This document shows, piece by piece, positions 50,644-59,156 of a stretch of DNA of 64,000 nucleotides; position 1 is the first letter of the stretch; each line of letters opens with the position of its first letter. Both the position numbers and the translations under genes were made by a program. Below the pieces are notes generated by a model. The model searched no databases and was not told the origin of the DNA. It saw only the letters and a program-made list of their open reading frames with translations. The stretch is from positions 1,033 to 65,032 of the forward strand of contig JAGVLQ010000015.1 in NCBI GenBank assembly GCA_020054235.1, written 5' to 3'. The DNA is from Candidatus Babeliales bacterium. GTDB lineage: Bacteria; Babelota; Babeliae; Babelales; JACPOV01.

Positions 50644-50668
50644 AGTTTACATTCAATTAAATTTTTAC

Positions 50669-50711
50669 CTGTGGTTAGATCTTGAGCTTACGGAGAATGC
50701 TACGGATTTAA
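50669..50711 (+). repeat. degenerate copy (B) of the DUF457 gene 3' tail
   Basis: CTGTGGTTAGATCTTGAGCTTACGGAGAATGCTACGGATTTAA, compared with gene tail 49321-49362 and copy C 51368-51409. Has one extra nucleotide relative to C. Confidence 0.7.
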
Positions 50712-51355
50712 AATGGAAAAGCTGGTGTCCCCACTGTTACAAGGACAAGAAACGTTATTCCAAAATAAGCTAGATAACAAATCACAAAAGGTGAGCATAT
50801 TACACAATTACAACAGCGGGCCATTTTATCCAGTTTTTTATTATCTTCGGGTACTTCATTTGCACAATAGAGAGCAAGCGCATTTATTTTGGTTTCAGGG
50901 GCAAAAATATTTTGTTGTTTGAGGTCACTTTGTATTTTTTCTAAGAAGAAATTTTTGTCATGTTCAGAATTATAAGAACTAGTGAAAAATTCCTTACCAG
51001 AAAAGACCACTTTTGATACAAGACTATGCTGTTTTCTTAAATACTCTAAACATTCTTGTTGACGTTCTTCATTTTTAGTAAATATTTTCCAAGCGTTATC
51101 TTTTGTCAAAGGCAGTTCCAATTCAACTAATTCTTTACAATCTGTTGGTAAACTATTTTCTATTTTTGTTTTTAAATTTGTATAATTTTTTGCAATATAT
51201 TGTGCCGTTAGCTTTTTTAATGAAGGGACAGTTTTTTGCTGGTCCATTGGGATAACAATTTCATCATTATGTTGCAGCAAGAGCTGATATTCATTGGATT
51301 CCATGGCGTACAGAAGGGTGCATACTGTGAACAATAAAATCATGTATTTTTTCAT
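50708..51355 (-). CDS. hypothetical protein, tandem paralogue 1 (signal peptide plus C-terminal TM anchor)
   Basis: MKKYMILLFTVCTLLYA/MESNE. Shares YAMESNE, LKTKI, P.DC..L.E.EL.L..DN.WKI and NFF..KI with the next gene. Cys-rich hydrophobic C-terminus. Confidence 0.6.
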   Translation of the reverse strand: MKKYMILLFTVCTLLYAMESNEYQLLLQHNDEIVIPMDQQKTVPSLKKLTAQYIAKNYTNLKTKIENSLPTDCKELVELELPLTKDNAWKIFTKNEERQQECLEYLRKQHSLVSKVVFSGKEFFTSSYNSEHDKNFFLEKIQSDLKQQNIFAPETKINALALYCANEVPEDNKKLDKMARCCNCVICSPFVICYLAYFGITFLVLVTVGTPAFPF

Positions 51356-51367
51356 GTTAGTTAGCCT

Positions 51368-51409
51368 TTGTGGTTAGATTTGGGTTTGCGAAGGATGCTA
51401 CGGATTTAG
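51368..51409 (+). repeat. copy (C) of the DUF457 gene 3' tail; still reads LWLDLGLRRMLRI-stop
   Basis: TTGTGGTTAGATTTGGGTTTGCGAAGGATGCTACGGATTTAG, 29 of 42 nt identical to 49321-49362 (LWLDLGFKKMFRI-stop). In-frame TAG two codons upstream (51362-51364). Confidence 0.7.
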
Positions 51410-52065
51410 TTAAAGAGAAATACAGCTGCAAAAACTGAAGAAAGAAAACCAAGTGCTATCGGTACTGCGCAGAGCATTTGGTACCATCCGCTTTTATTCA
51501 TAGTTATCATAACAGGATTATTTTTTTTAGCAGGAACAGGGTAAACGGCACCCTGAAAGCCTATAAGGCTTTCTTTATGGGCTTCTTTGGCATCCCTTTC
51601 TAGCTTTTCTGCGCACTGACTTGCAATTCGTTGCCTTAAGCATGAAGCCACTTGCATATTTTTTTCTTGCAGATGTTGATTTATTTTATTTTCAAAAAAA
51701 TTAATATCATATTTTTTCTTATAAGACTCATCTATGAATTCGCTGTGAATTTTCCATGCATGAAATGAAATTTGATCCACAGGTTTAAATTCATATTGTG
51801 TTAATAAAAATTTTTCGCATTCTTCTCTGCGTTTTTCATATCCACTATATATTTTCCATACATTATCAGGATTTAATGATAGTTCTCGTTCAATAAGATC
51901 TATACAATCTTGTGGGATGGTATCTGGTTTGATTTTTGTTTTTAATCGTTCGTAATTTTGTGCCGCAGAGAGAACAGCAAGAGTTTTTAGTGCTGGAAAT
52001 TCATTGGATTCCATGGCATACGAGAGTGTGCTTATAAAAAGTAAAAAAATACCATGTAGTTTCAT
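51406..52065 (-). CDS. hypothetical protein, tandem paralogue 2 (signal peptide plus C-terminal TM anchor)
   Basis: MKLHGIFLLFISTLSYA/MESNE. Homologous to 50708-51355 over the N-terminal ~100 aa. C-terminal TM LCAVPIALGFLSSVFAAVFLF. Confidence 0.6.
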   Translation of the reverse strand: MKLHGIFLLFISTLSYAMESNEFPALKTLAVLSAAQNYERLKTKIKPDTIPQDCIDLIERELSLNPDNVWKIYSGYEKRREECEKFLLTQYEFKPVDQISFHAWKIHSEFIDESYKKKYDINFFENKINQHLQEKNMQVASCLRQRIASQCAEKLERDAKEAHKESLIGFQGAVYPVPAKKNNPVMITMNKSGWYQMLCAVPIALGFLSSVFAAVFLFN

Positions 52066-52230
52066 AGCTCTCTTTCTATTTTAAACATTTATTACTTGTT
52101 TTTTAGTATAGCATTTAAGTATAGGTAAAATTAGTAAAAAATACACAGTTTATGGAGCCGGGTGAGGATTGTCAATAAAGAATTGTTCATATGAGGGAGT
52201 GCTGAATATTCTCTCCCGTTATTTGTTAGT

Positions 52231-54069
52231 TTACTGATAAGGAATAGATTTGATTGTTTTTTCAAAATCTTGCTTGTTTTTAAGAGATTCTTTTTTAATC
52301 TGTTCCCAGGATAGTTCTGTCAATTTTCCAGAAAGACTCCATAAGGATCCTGCAAACTCAAAAGAAATTTTTACAAAATCAGCTTTATATTCTACATAAA
52401 CATTGTTTAAGGTAATTTTTTTACCTATAAATGGTTCAAGTACTTTTTCAAGCTCTGAAGAATTTACTACGTTTTTTTGTAATCTTATAAGTTCTAGTAT
52501 AAATGAGAGATCATTAAATCCAGTTAATGATTTAATGAGAAACTTTCTATTATCTTTTTTAAGAGCAACATCAAGAAATGCATCACGTATGAAATGAAAT
52601 ACCCCCTCAAGGCCAATGAACTCATTTTTTTGTTGTATTGTTATTGATGTAAAATACTGAGCTGATGCTCCGGGAATCATTGAGATAAATTCAGGATATG
52701 CTATGCCAGGATTTGGACAATAGTTAGCTACGGTATTTATATCAAAGGCATTAAAAGGTTCTAAGATAGATTTGTATTTTATTGCCCATGTGTCTTGATT
52801 ATTTTCTAATGCAATACGCAATGTGCAAATATCCGGAAGATTCTTCCAACCGGTTTTTTCAGGAGCAATTGGTATTCTCTGTTCATAGGTTTGGACAATG
52901 AGAGGAATATTTATGCTAGTAGAGTATATTAGGACGGCTCTTTTAGAGTTATCTACTATAAGTTGTTTTCTTTCAAGTATATATTTTTGTAGCAGGACTT
53001 TATTAAGACTTAGTACCTTTTCATCGATATTAAAAGTTTGAAACTCTAAGCCTCGTGGTAGTAAAAGCTGAGGGATTGTAGCAGTTCCACGATATGAAGC
53101 TGTTCCACTTTGCATTAGAGATATGGATTTTAAAAAATTATTGAGCCCAGTTCCTTTATCAGTAAAGGTAAGAATATTATAAAAAAAAGCTTTTCTTTCT
53201 TCTGGTCTATAGATACTAGGTGTATCAGTTATAGAACGCAGAACAATAATATAGTTTAATTCTCGCAGCCAGTTGTTTTCAGGATTTTTAAGAAGAATGT
53301 TTTTTGGGCTACCGCCTATATAGCATGTTTCTAGATACATGATACGTGTATAAACCTCGCTATCAAAAAATTGTATAATCTTTTGCATATTTTCATAAGT
53401 AAATCCTGCAACAAGATTTTTTTCTTTTTCCCAGCTTGAATGACCGTTAATGAATATATGCCAGAGAGGAAGATCTTTTTCAGTTGCTGTTTTTTTTGTT
53501 TTTAAAATTTTTTCTAATTGGTTAATTGTAAAGGGAATTTTTTTTTGCGCAACGTCATTTTCGTTTATTGAGAGTTCTTGTCCTAGCCATGTTTGAAACT
53601 CTTTTTCATTTTTGTACAGTTCAGTTTTATCAACAAGATGAGTAAGGTTAAAATACGAACCTATTTCTTGGGGACTTGGCAAGAGTAAAAGAAATTGAGT
53701 TTTTGGTACGTCATAGATATGAGTTAGATCAGAAATTACAGTATATCTATCACCAAATATGCGATTACTTTCTTTGTTGTAATAATTTACATCTTTCATG
53801 CGTACAAAAAGATTAAAAAAAAGAGATTTGCTAACTAAAACTGGAATATTACTATTTTTAAATTCATTTGAAGTTATATAATAAAGTCCTTTGGTAAGTG
53901 CGCCAGGTAACTTTTTTTCAGGGTTTTCATGATTTGATTCATCAATGATTATGGCCAAAAAGCATGAATTTCTTGGTTGATCAAAGGGTGTTTTTTCTGA
54001 TGAGTTGACGTCGTAAGATAGTAAAAAAAATAGGGGTGTAAAGAAAGATGCTTTTATTACTTTGTTCAT
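52231..54069 (-). CDS. hypothetical secreted protein with a clan-CD (legumain/C13-like) His-Cys dyad signature
   Basis: 612 aa, N-terminal hydrophobic leader. WHIFINGHSS, then 39 residues, then YTRIMYLETCYIGGS. This resembles legumain HVFIYFTDHGS ... YRKMVFYIEACESGS. Family call is inferential. Confidence 0.45.
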   Translation of the reverse strand: MNKVIKASFFTPLFFLLSYDVNSSEKTPFDQPRNSCFLAIIIDESNHENPEKKLPGALTKGLYYITSNEFKNSNIPVLVSKSLFFNLFVRMKDVNYYNKESNRIFGDRYTVISDLTHIYDVPKTQFLLLLPSPQEIGSYFNLTHLVDKTELYKNEKEFQTWLGQELSINENDVAQKKIPFTINQLEKILKTKKTATEKDLPLWHIFINGHSSWEKEKNLVAGFTYENMQKIIQFFDSEVYTRIMYLETCYIGGSPKNILLKNPENNWLRELNYIIVLRSITDTPSIYRPEERKAFFYNILTFTDKGTGLNNFLKSISLMQSGTASYRGTATIPQLLLPRGLEFQTFNIDEKVLSLNKVLLQKYILERKQLIVDNSKRAVLIYSTSINIPLIVQTYEQRIPIAPEKTGWKNLPDICTLRIALENNQDTWAIKYKSILEPFNAFDINTVANYCPNPGIAYPEFISMIPGASAQYFTSITIQQKNEFIGLEGVFHFIRDAFLDVALKKDNRKFLIKSLTGFNDLSFILELIRLQKNVVNSSELEKVLEPFIGKKITLNNVYVEYKADFVKISFEFAGSLWSLSGKLTELSWEQIKKESLKNKQDFEKTIKSIPYQ

Positions 54070-54167
54070 TTTTTATTTTCCATTATTTATAAGGGATAGC
54101 AATACCTATAAATAAACTATTGTGTTCATTGTATTAAAAGCAATAATTGGTGTTTTTTTTGTAAATT

Positions 54168-55550
54168 TTACTTTTTAAAATACAGCAGAGCTGTGCCTAC
54201 AAGAACACCAGGAATAAGAGGAATTAAAGGTGTGCCCACTAATGGCCATAAGGCAGAAACGGTAGCGCCAGCAATTAAAGACATTAAAATTGTTTTGCTT
54301 TTGTAAATTTTGCCGTACAATGCTGCAACCATGATAGGGCTGAAAGCTGCGGCAAGGCCGGACCAAGCATAGCTGACTAAACCCATAACGGTTGAACTGT
54401 TTTGGTAGCCAATACAATAACCCAGTAAAGAAACTATAATAATGCTCAATCGTGAAATCCAAACAAGTTCTTTTTCTGATGCCTTTTTGTGAAGCATTTT
54501 TTTGTAAAAATCTTCGGTTAATGAATTTGCGGCAACTAAAATTTGTGTATCGAGTGTTGACATGGTGGCAGCAAGCATCGCACATAAAATTATGCCGGCA
54601 AAAAAGGGATTGAAAAGCAAATTGACCAGGTGCACAAAAACTAATTCAGTGTTTTGCAAATTCTGAAAATAGCCCAGACCGACAAGCCCGACGGCTATGG
54701 CAGCGCTCAGTGAAAGCGTCAACCAAATCATGCCTAAATATTTTGCACGTTTGATATGTTCAGGGTTATCAATACCCATGTAATTAATGACCACATGCGG
54801 CATGCCTAAGTAGCCAATGCCCCATGCGAAACCATTTACTATTTCTATAAAGCTATACCAGGAAAGAGTGGGTAGTAATGAAAGTGAAATATTGTTTGTA
54901 GCTGCATGTGCCGCAATTTGTGTTGTACCGCCCAGTTGCAAAAGTGCATACAGGGGTACAAAAATAATTACCGCTAGTAAAAACATTCCTTGGAAAAAAT
55001 GGTTCCATGCCAGTGCGGTAAAACCACCAACAACAATATAAAATAAAGAAGCAAGTAGACCGATGGTCATGCCGTTATGATAACTAAACCCAAAAACGGA
55101 TTCAAAAACGCGCCCCATGCCGGTAAGCCCGGCGCCTATGTAAACACTGAAAAAAAGTAAAATAATTAAACTACTGGCTAAACGAATCATGCCCGATTCA
55201 TCATTAAACCGTTTTTCAAAAAAAGTAGAAAGGGTTAATGCATGGTATTGTTCAGTAGCCAAACGCAATTTTTGAGCAATGTAATGCCAACTGAAAAACA
55301 TACCCCCAATTAAGCCAACAGCAATCCATGCACCAACCAAGCCTTGGGAATAGATCACGGCTGGAAAGCCCATAAAAAGCCACGCACTCATATCACTAGC
55401 GTGCGCTGCAATAGCAGTAACCCAATAATTAACCCCGCGCCCACCAAGCATAAATTCTGATGAGGTTTTTGTTTTAAAATAATGCAGAAGGCCAACGGCA
55501 AAAAGAATCCCAAAATACAAGATGAAAGCAAGAAGGATAGGCATGTTCAT
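54168..55550 (-). CDS. sodium:solute symporter family transporter (PutP/PanF-like)
   Basis: 460 aa, about 12 TM. N-terminal SEFMLGGRGVNYWVTAIAAHASDMSAWLFMGFPAVIY is typical of SSF. Confidence 0.75.
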   Translation of the reverse strand: MNMPILLAFILYFGILFAVGLLHYFKTKTSSEFMLGGRGVNYWVTAIAAHASDMSAWLFMGFPAVIYSQGLVGAWIAVGLIGGMFFSWHYIAQKLRLATEQYHALTLSTFFEKRFNDESGMIRLASSLIILLFFSVYIGAGLTGMGRVFESVFGFSYHNGMTIGLLASLFYIVVGGFTALAWNHFFQGMFLLAVIIFVPLYALLQLGGTTQIAAHAATNNISLSLLPTLSWYSFIEIVNGFAWGIGYLGMPHVVINYMGIDNPEHIKRAKYLGMIWLTLSLSAAIAVGLVGLGYFQNLQNTELVFVHLVNLLFNPFFAGIILCAMLAATMSTLDTQILVAANSLTEDFYKKMLHKKASEKELVWISRLSIIIVSLLGYCIGYQNSSTVMGLVSYAWSGLAAAFSPIMVAALYGKIYKSKTILMSLIAGATVSALWPLVGTPLIPLIPGVLVGTALLYFKK

Positions 55551-55626
55551 TGTTTTCCTTTAGGTTATAGTGTTAGGATAGCATAGTAGTAAAGAATCGT
55601 AAGTTTTTTTTAAAAAAGGGCTTGGC

Positions 55627-56418
55627 ATGCAGAAACGATTTATTTTTTATGCTTTTTTTCTTGTTCGATTTGCATCAATATTTGGAACTATAACGATTGA
55701 CATTGATTTGCCGGAAATGCTCAAAAAAAATATCGAAGGAAAACACAAATATATTGCTAAGGTCTGTTATTCAAATCTTGGTTGTTATCCAAGCATGCTC
55801 CCAAAAACTGACCTAAAATTAACTTTGCAACTAGTTACTGATAAAGATTTATCAGCGGAGGATTTAAGAAAAGTACGACAAGTGGTTGAAAAAGCAGCAC
55901 AACAAATTGATCCGTTTAAGATTACCGGAAATGCAAATTTTGGGTTGATGTCCTATGGCGGTGATGATTATACAAAGTGGAGCAATCCTCCTGGTCAACA
56001 ATATCAAGGTGATTGGGTTGTTTTTGAATTGGCTCCTCAGGGTGCGCTTGCAAATTTAAAAAATGTTTTGCAAGAAGAACTTAAAAATATCGGCATACCT
56101 GTTATAGATCATAAGCCAGTTATTGTAATTGGGTTTACACGTTTTACAGAAGTGAAAAATGCCATTGAAAAAGAAAAAGAACAAGTTAGTGGGTTAGCAC
56201 TCAATTTTCAGATAAATGAATTACAAATAAATAAAACAACCTTATTACAAGAAATAGGGAAGGGTTTTGACAGAATAAATATCAAAAAAGAAAATCAAGG
56301 AACCTATCCACTTGGCAGAAAAGTTAGGCCAGAAGATGTATTGATGAATGCTTTAAAAAATCTTGAAGGTGCTTTTATTCGTTTGGTTGATGCGCTTAGG
56401 ATGATAGTTAAAAATTAA
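55627..56418 (+). CDS. hypothetical protein with N-terminal signal/anchor (263 aa)
   Basis: MQKRFIFYAFFLVRFASIFG. No motif recognised. 3' end overlaps the convergent tatD by 11 nt. Confidence 0.5.
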   Translation: MQKRFIFYAFFLVRFASIFGTITIDIDLPEMLKKNIEGKHKYIAKVCYSNLGCYPSMLPKTDLKLTLQLVTDKDLSAEDLRKVRQVVEKAAQQIDPFKITGNANFGLMSYGGDDYTKWSNPPGQQYQGDWVVFELAPQGALANLKNVLQEELKNIGIPVIDHKPVIVIGFTRFTEVKNAIEKEKEQVSGLALNFQINELQINKTTLLQEIGKGFDRINIKKENQGTYPLGRKVRPEDVLMNALKNLEGAFIRLVDALRMIVKN

Positions 56419-57217
56419 ATAATTCCATAGCATTTTTAGATGTTTGATGTGCTATAGTCTCTAATTTTTGCGCGCGTATTGTAGCTAAAAACTCTGCAAT
56501 GGTAAAAATATATTTTGGATGATTTTCTTTGCCACGAATAATTTGTGGTGGTAAAAAGGGTGCATCGGTTTCTAAAATTATTTTTTCAAGTGGAATGGTT
56601 TTAAAAACTTCACGCAAGGGTTCATTTTTTGGATAGGTTAAGGTGCCACCAATCCCAATTACAAAACCAAACTTAATTACTTCATCAGCGAAAGATTTAT
56701 TTTCAGAAAAACAATGAATTACACCACGAAGATTTTTCTCTTTTTGATATTCATCCAAAGCATATAATGTTTCTTCCGGTGCTTCGCGCGTATGAACAAC
56801 AAGTGGTACATTGAATTCCAAGGCGAGTTCAACCTGTGCTTTAAAAGCATCTTTTTGCCGCTGCATATTAAAATCAGGATAATGTTTGTCAAAACCAATT
56901 TCGCCAATGCCAACAATTTTGTTTTCTTCTTTAAACCGTACTAGTTTGGTTAATTTCTTAATATCGTTTTTCCAATTTTCTGTTAAATCATTCGGGTGTA
57001 CGCCTACCGTAGCAAAACAAGCCGCAAATTCTCGTGCTAATAAAATACAATTTTCACTTTCAATAACACTTGTGCCAACATTCATAATACGTGTTACCCC
57101 AAATTCAGCAGCTTGTTTTATGATCGTTGCAGCTTGAGGGAATTGCTCAGGTGTTAATGGAACATCAAATTTTTTTTTGATCATCATATTTATATGACAG
57201 TGGGTGTCGATAAGCAT
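56408..57217 (-). CDS. tatD: TatD-family metal-dependent hydrolase/DNase
   Basis: MLIDTHCHI, VGVHP, IGEIGFD, VVHTREA, VIHCFS, LETDAPFL. Confidence 0.88.
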   Translation of the reverse strand: MLIDTHCHINMMIKKKFDVPLTPEQFPQAATIIKQAAEFGVTRIMNVGTSVIESENCILLAREFAACFATVGVHPNDLTENWKNDIKKLTKLVRFKEENKIVGIGEIGFDKHYPDFNMQRQKDAFKAQVELALEFNVPLVVHTREAPEETLYALDEYQKEKNLRGVIHCFSENKSFADEVIKFGFVIGIGGTLTYPKNEPLREVFKTIPLEKIILETDAPFLPPQIIRGKENHPKYIFTIAEFLATIRAQKLETIAHQTSKNAMELFNF

Positions 57218-57260
57218 AAAGAGACCTTTTTTTTCAAAATATTAAATTATTAAATTATTT

Positions 57261-57300
57261 TCGTTTGTAAGGACGCGTGAAGGCATCTCGAACTATTTTA
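57261..57300 (+). repeat. solo degenerate copy (c5) of the hairpin repeat family
   Basis: TCGTTTGTAAGGACGCGTGAAGGCATCTCGAACTATTTTA. The core GAAGGC(A/G)TCTCGAAC(T/C)ATT matches c1 at 40092-40111. Confidence 0.55.
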
Positions 57301-57395
57301 ACCTTTAATTTTATTAAAACGTTGTGCTATTAAATGATTCTGCCATTCAATCTAATCATCAAAAATGCTGTTTTTTAAAGGGAAATGGTCATAAT

Positions 57396-57426
57396 TTGAC
57401 AAAGATTGAAATCAAATTAGTATATA
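57396..57426 (+). promoter_or_regulatory. putative promoter for hup
   Basis: TTGACA (57396-57401) followed at 16-19 nt by TAGTATATAT (-10 candidates TAGTAT or TATATA). About 85 nt before the hup ATG. Confidence 0.25.
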
Positions 57427-57510
57427 TCATTAAGTTATCACAGGAAATCAAAAAAGTTGAGTTTAGTGAAGTAGCAGTGTTTAACCATATAAACTCTTTA
57501 GGAGTACCTT

Positions 57511-57789
57511 ATGAACAAAAGTCAATTAATTGACTCATTGGCTGAAGAGACTAGCTTCAGCAAGAAGGATGTAGCTCGTTTGTTAGACAGCTTGGCACGT
57601 ACCGTACAACGTGCTCTTAAAAGTGGTGATAAAGTTCAATGGGCGAGTTTTGGCACATGGTCTGTTTCGCGTAGACCAGCTCGCAAAGGTATTAATCCTG
57701 CAACGAAACAACGAATTGATCTTCCTGCAGTGAATGTACCTAAATTTAAACCTGGTAAAGCACTACGCGAAGTAGTTCGTTCTATTTAA
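57511..57789 (+). CDS. hup: HU-family DNA-binding protein
   Basis: MNKSQLIDSLAEETSFSKKDVARLLDSLARTV, FGTWSVSRRPARKGINPATKQRIDLPAVNVPKFKPGKAL. AGGAG RBS. Confidence 0.93.
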   Translation: MNKSQLIDSLAEETSFSKKDVARLLDSLARTVQRALKSGDKVQWASFGTWSVSRRPARKGINPATKQRIDLPAVNVPKFKPGKALREVVRSI

Positions 57790-57828
57790 CTTATTACGTT
57801 GGTTGTAAATAGACTTTTACTTGTACAA

Positions 57829-57852
57829 GGGTCGCTTTTTGCGACCCTTTTT
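57829..57852 (+). terminator. Rho-independent terminator after hup
   Basis: GGGTCGC (57829-57835), loop TTTTT, GCGACCC (57841-57847), T5. Confidence 0.8.
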
Positions 57853-57920
57853 GCTTTTCAAAAAAGACTTTTTTGAGTACTATGAAATAGAATACAAATT
57901 TTACTCAAAATAGGTGGTAC

Positions 57921-59156
57921 ATGATAGATTTAGGTTTACTTCGCGAATTTCCAGAAAAAATTGTTGCGCTTATTAAACGGAAAGAGCCTCGCTATGATAT
58001 TGATCTTTTAGTGCAAAAAGATAAAGAAGTTCGTATTTTACGTACTGAAGTAGAACAGCTGCGGCATACAAAAAATGAGTTGGCCGAGCAGGGAAAAAAA
58101 GGAATTACTGATGCTATTCGTGCACAATCGATTGAGATTGGAAAAAAATTAAAATCAGCTGAAGAAGCACTAAAAGTTACTGAAGAAGCGTTCCAAGAAT
58201 TGTATCTTGCTTGCCCCAATGTTCCGGCTGAGGATCTTCCTGAGGGTTTTAAAGAAGCTAATAAAGTGCTCAGAGAGCATGGTACAAAACCTGTCTTTAA
58301 GTTTCCTATTAAAAATCACGTAGAACTGGGCAATGCGCTCGGCTGGTTTGATTTTGAAGCTGCTGCAAAAATGACTGGAAGCAACTTTGTATTGTATAAA
58401 AACGATGCCGTAAAATTGATCTATGCGTTAACGATGTTTATGCTTGACCATAATAAGCGCCATGGTTTTGAAATGATTTTGCCGCCGTATTTGGTCAACG
58501 AAAAATCATTGTATACAACCGGCAACTTTCCTAAATTTAAAGATCAAGCCTATACAATTGCTGAAGATGGCTTGTATTTAATTCCTACGGCTGAAGTTGC
58601 TTTAGCAAATTTGTATCGAGATTATATTTTTACAACCCAAGAATTGCCCAAGCGCTTAACTTCTTGGACTGGCTGTTTTAGGCGCGAGGCAGGAGGCTAT
58701 GGCGCAACTGAACGCGGGTTGATTCGTATTCATGAATTTGAAAAAGTTGAGTTGTTTACTTTTTGTCAGCCAGAAGATGCTGATAAAGAGTTTGAACGTA
58801 TGCTAAATTGTGCAGAAGAATTATTGAAAATGCTAGGTCTTACGTATAGGGTTATGTTGTTGGCTGCCCAGGATTGTTCTTTTCCATCAGCACGTACGAT
58901 TGACCTTGAGGTTTGGATGCCGGGACAAAATGCTTTTTATGAAGTTTCTTCGGCTAGTAATTGTACGGATTTCCAAGCACGCCGTGGTGCCATTCGCTTT
59001 AAACGTACTTCATTAGCAAAGCCTGAACTTGTTTATACGTTAAATGCTTCTTCTTTGGCGTTACCCCGCTTGATTGTTGCCTTGATGGAAACGTATCAGC
59101 AAGAAGATGGCTCAATAAAACTTCCTGAAATTTTAACAGGATATGGTGTTTGGTAA
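57921..59156 (+). CDS. serS: seryl-tRNA synthetase
   Basis: N-terminal coiled-coil arm. Class II motifs GCFRREAGGYG..RGLIRIHEFEKVE, YEVSSASNCTDFQARR, TLNASSLALPR. Confidence 0.93.
   Translation: MIDLGLLREFPEKIVALIKRKEPRYDIDLLVQKDKEVRILRTEVEQLRHTKNELAEQGKKGITDAIRAQSIEIGKKLKSAEEALKVTEEAFQELYLACPNVPAEDLPEGFKEANKVLREHGTKPVFKFPIKNHVELGNALGWFDFEAAAKMTGSNFVLYKNDAVKLIYALTMFMLDHNKRHGFEMILPPYLVNEKSLYTTGNFPKFKDQAYTIAEDGLYLIPTAEVALANLYRDYIFTTQELPKRLTSWTGCFRREAGGYGATERGLIRIHEFEKVELFTFCQPEDADKEFERMLNCAEELLKMLGLTYRVMLLAAQDCSFPSARTIDLEVWMPGQNAFYEVSSASNCTDFQARRGAIRFKRTSLAKPELVYTLNASSLALPRLIVALMETYQQEDGSIKLPEILTGYGVW

Noticed and set aside
52161-52168. GGTGAGGA octamer downstream of the 612-aa gene as a sixth hairpin-family copy
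   Set aside because: Only 8 nt match. The flanking GTTCG/CGAAC arms and the GNA-loop hairpin are absent.
57324-57533. 69-aa ORF in the tatD-hup intergenic region
   Set aside because: It overlaps the hup start and RBS, has no RBS of its own, and spans the putative hup promoter. Its composition is non-coding-like.
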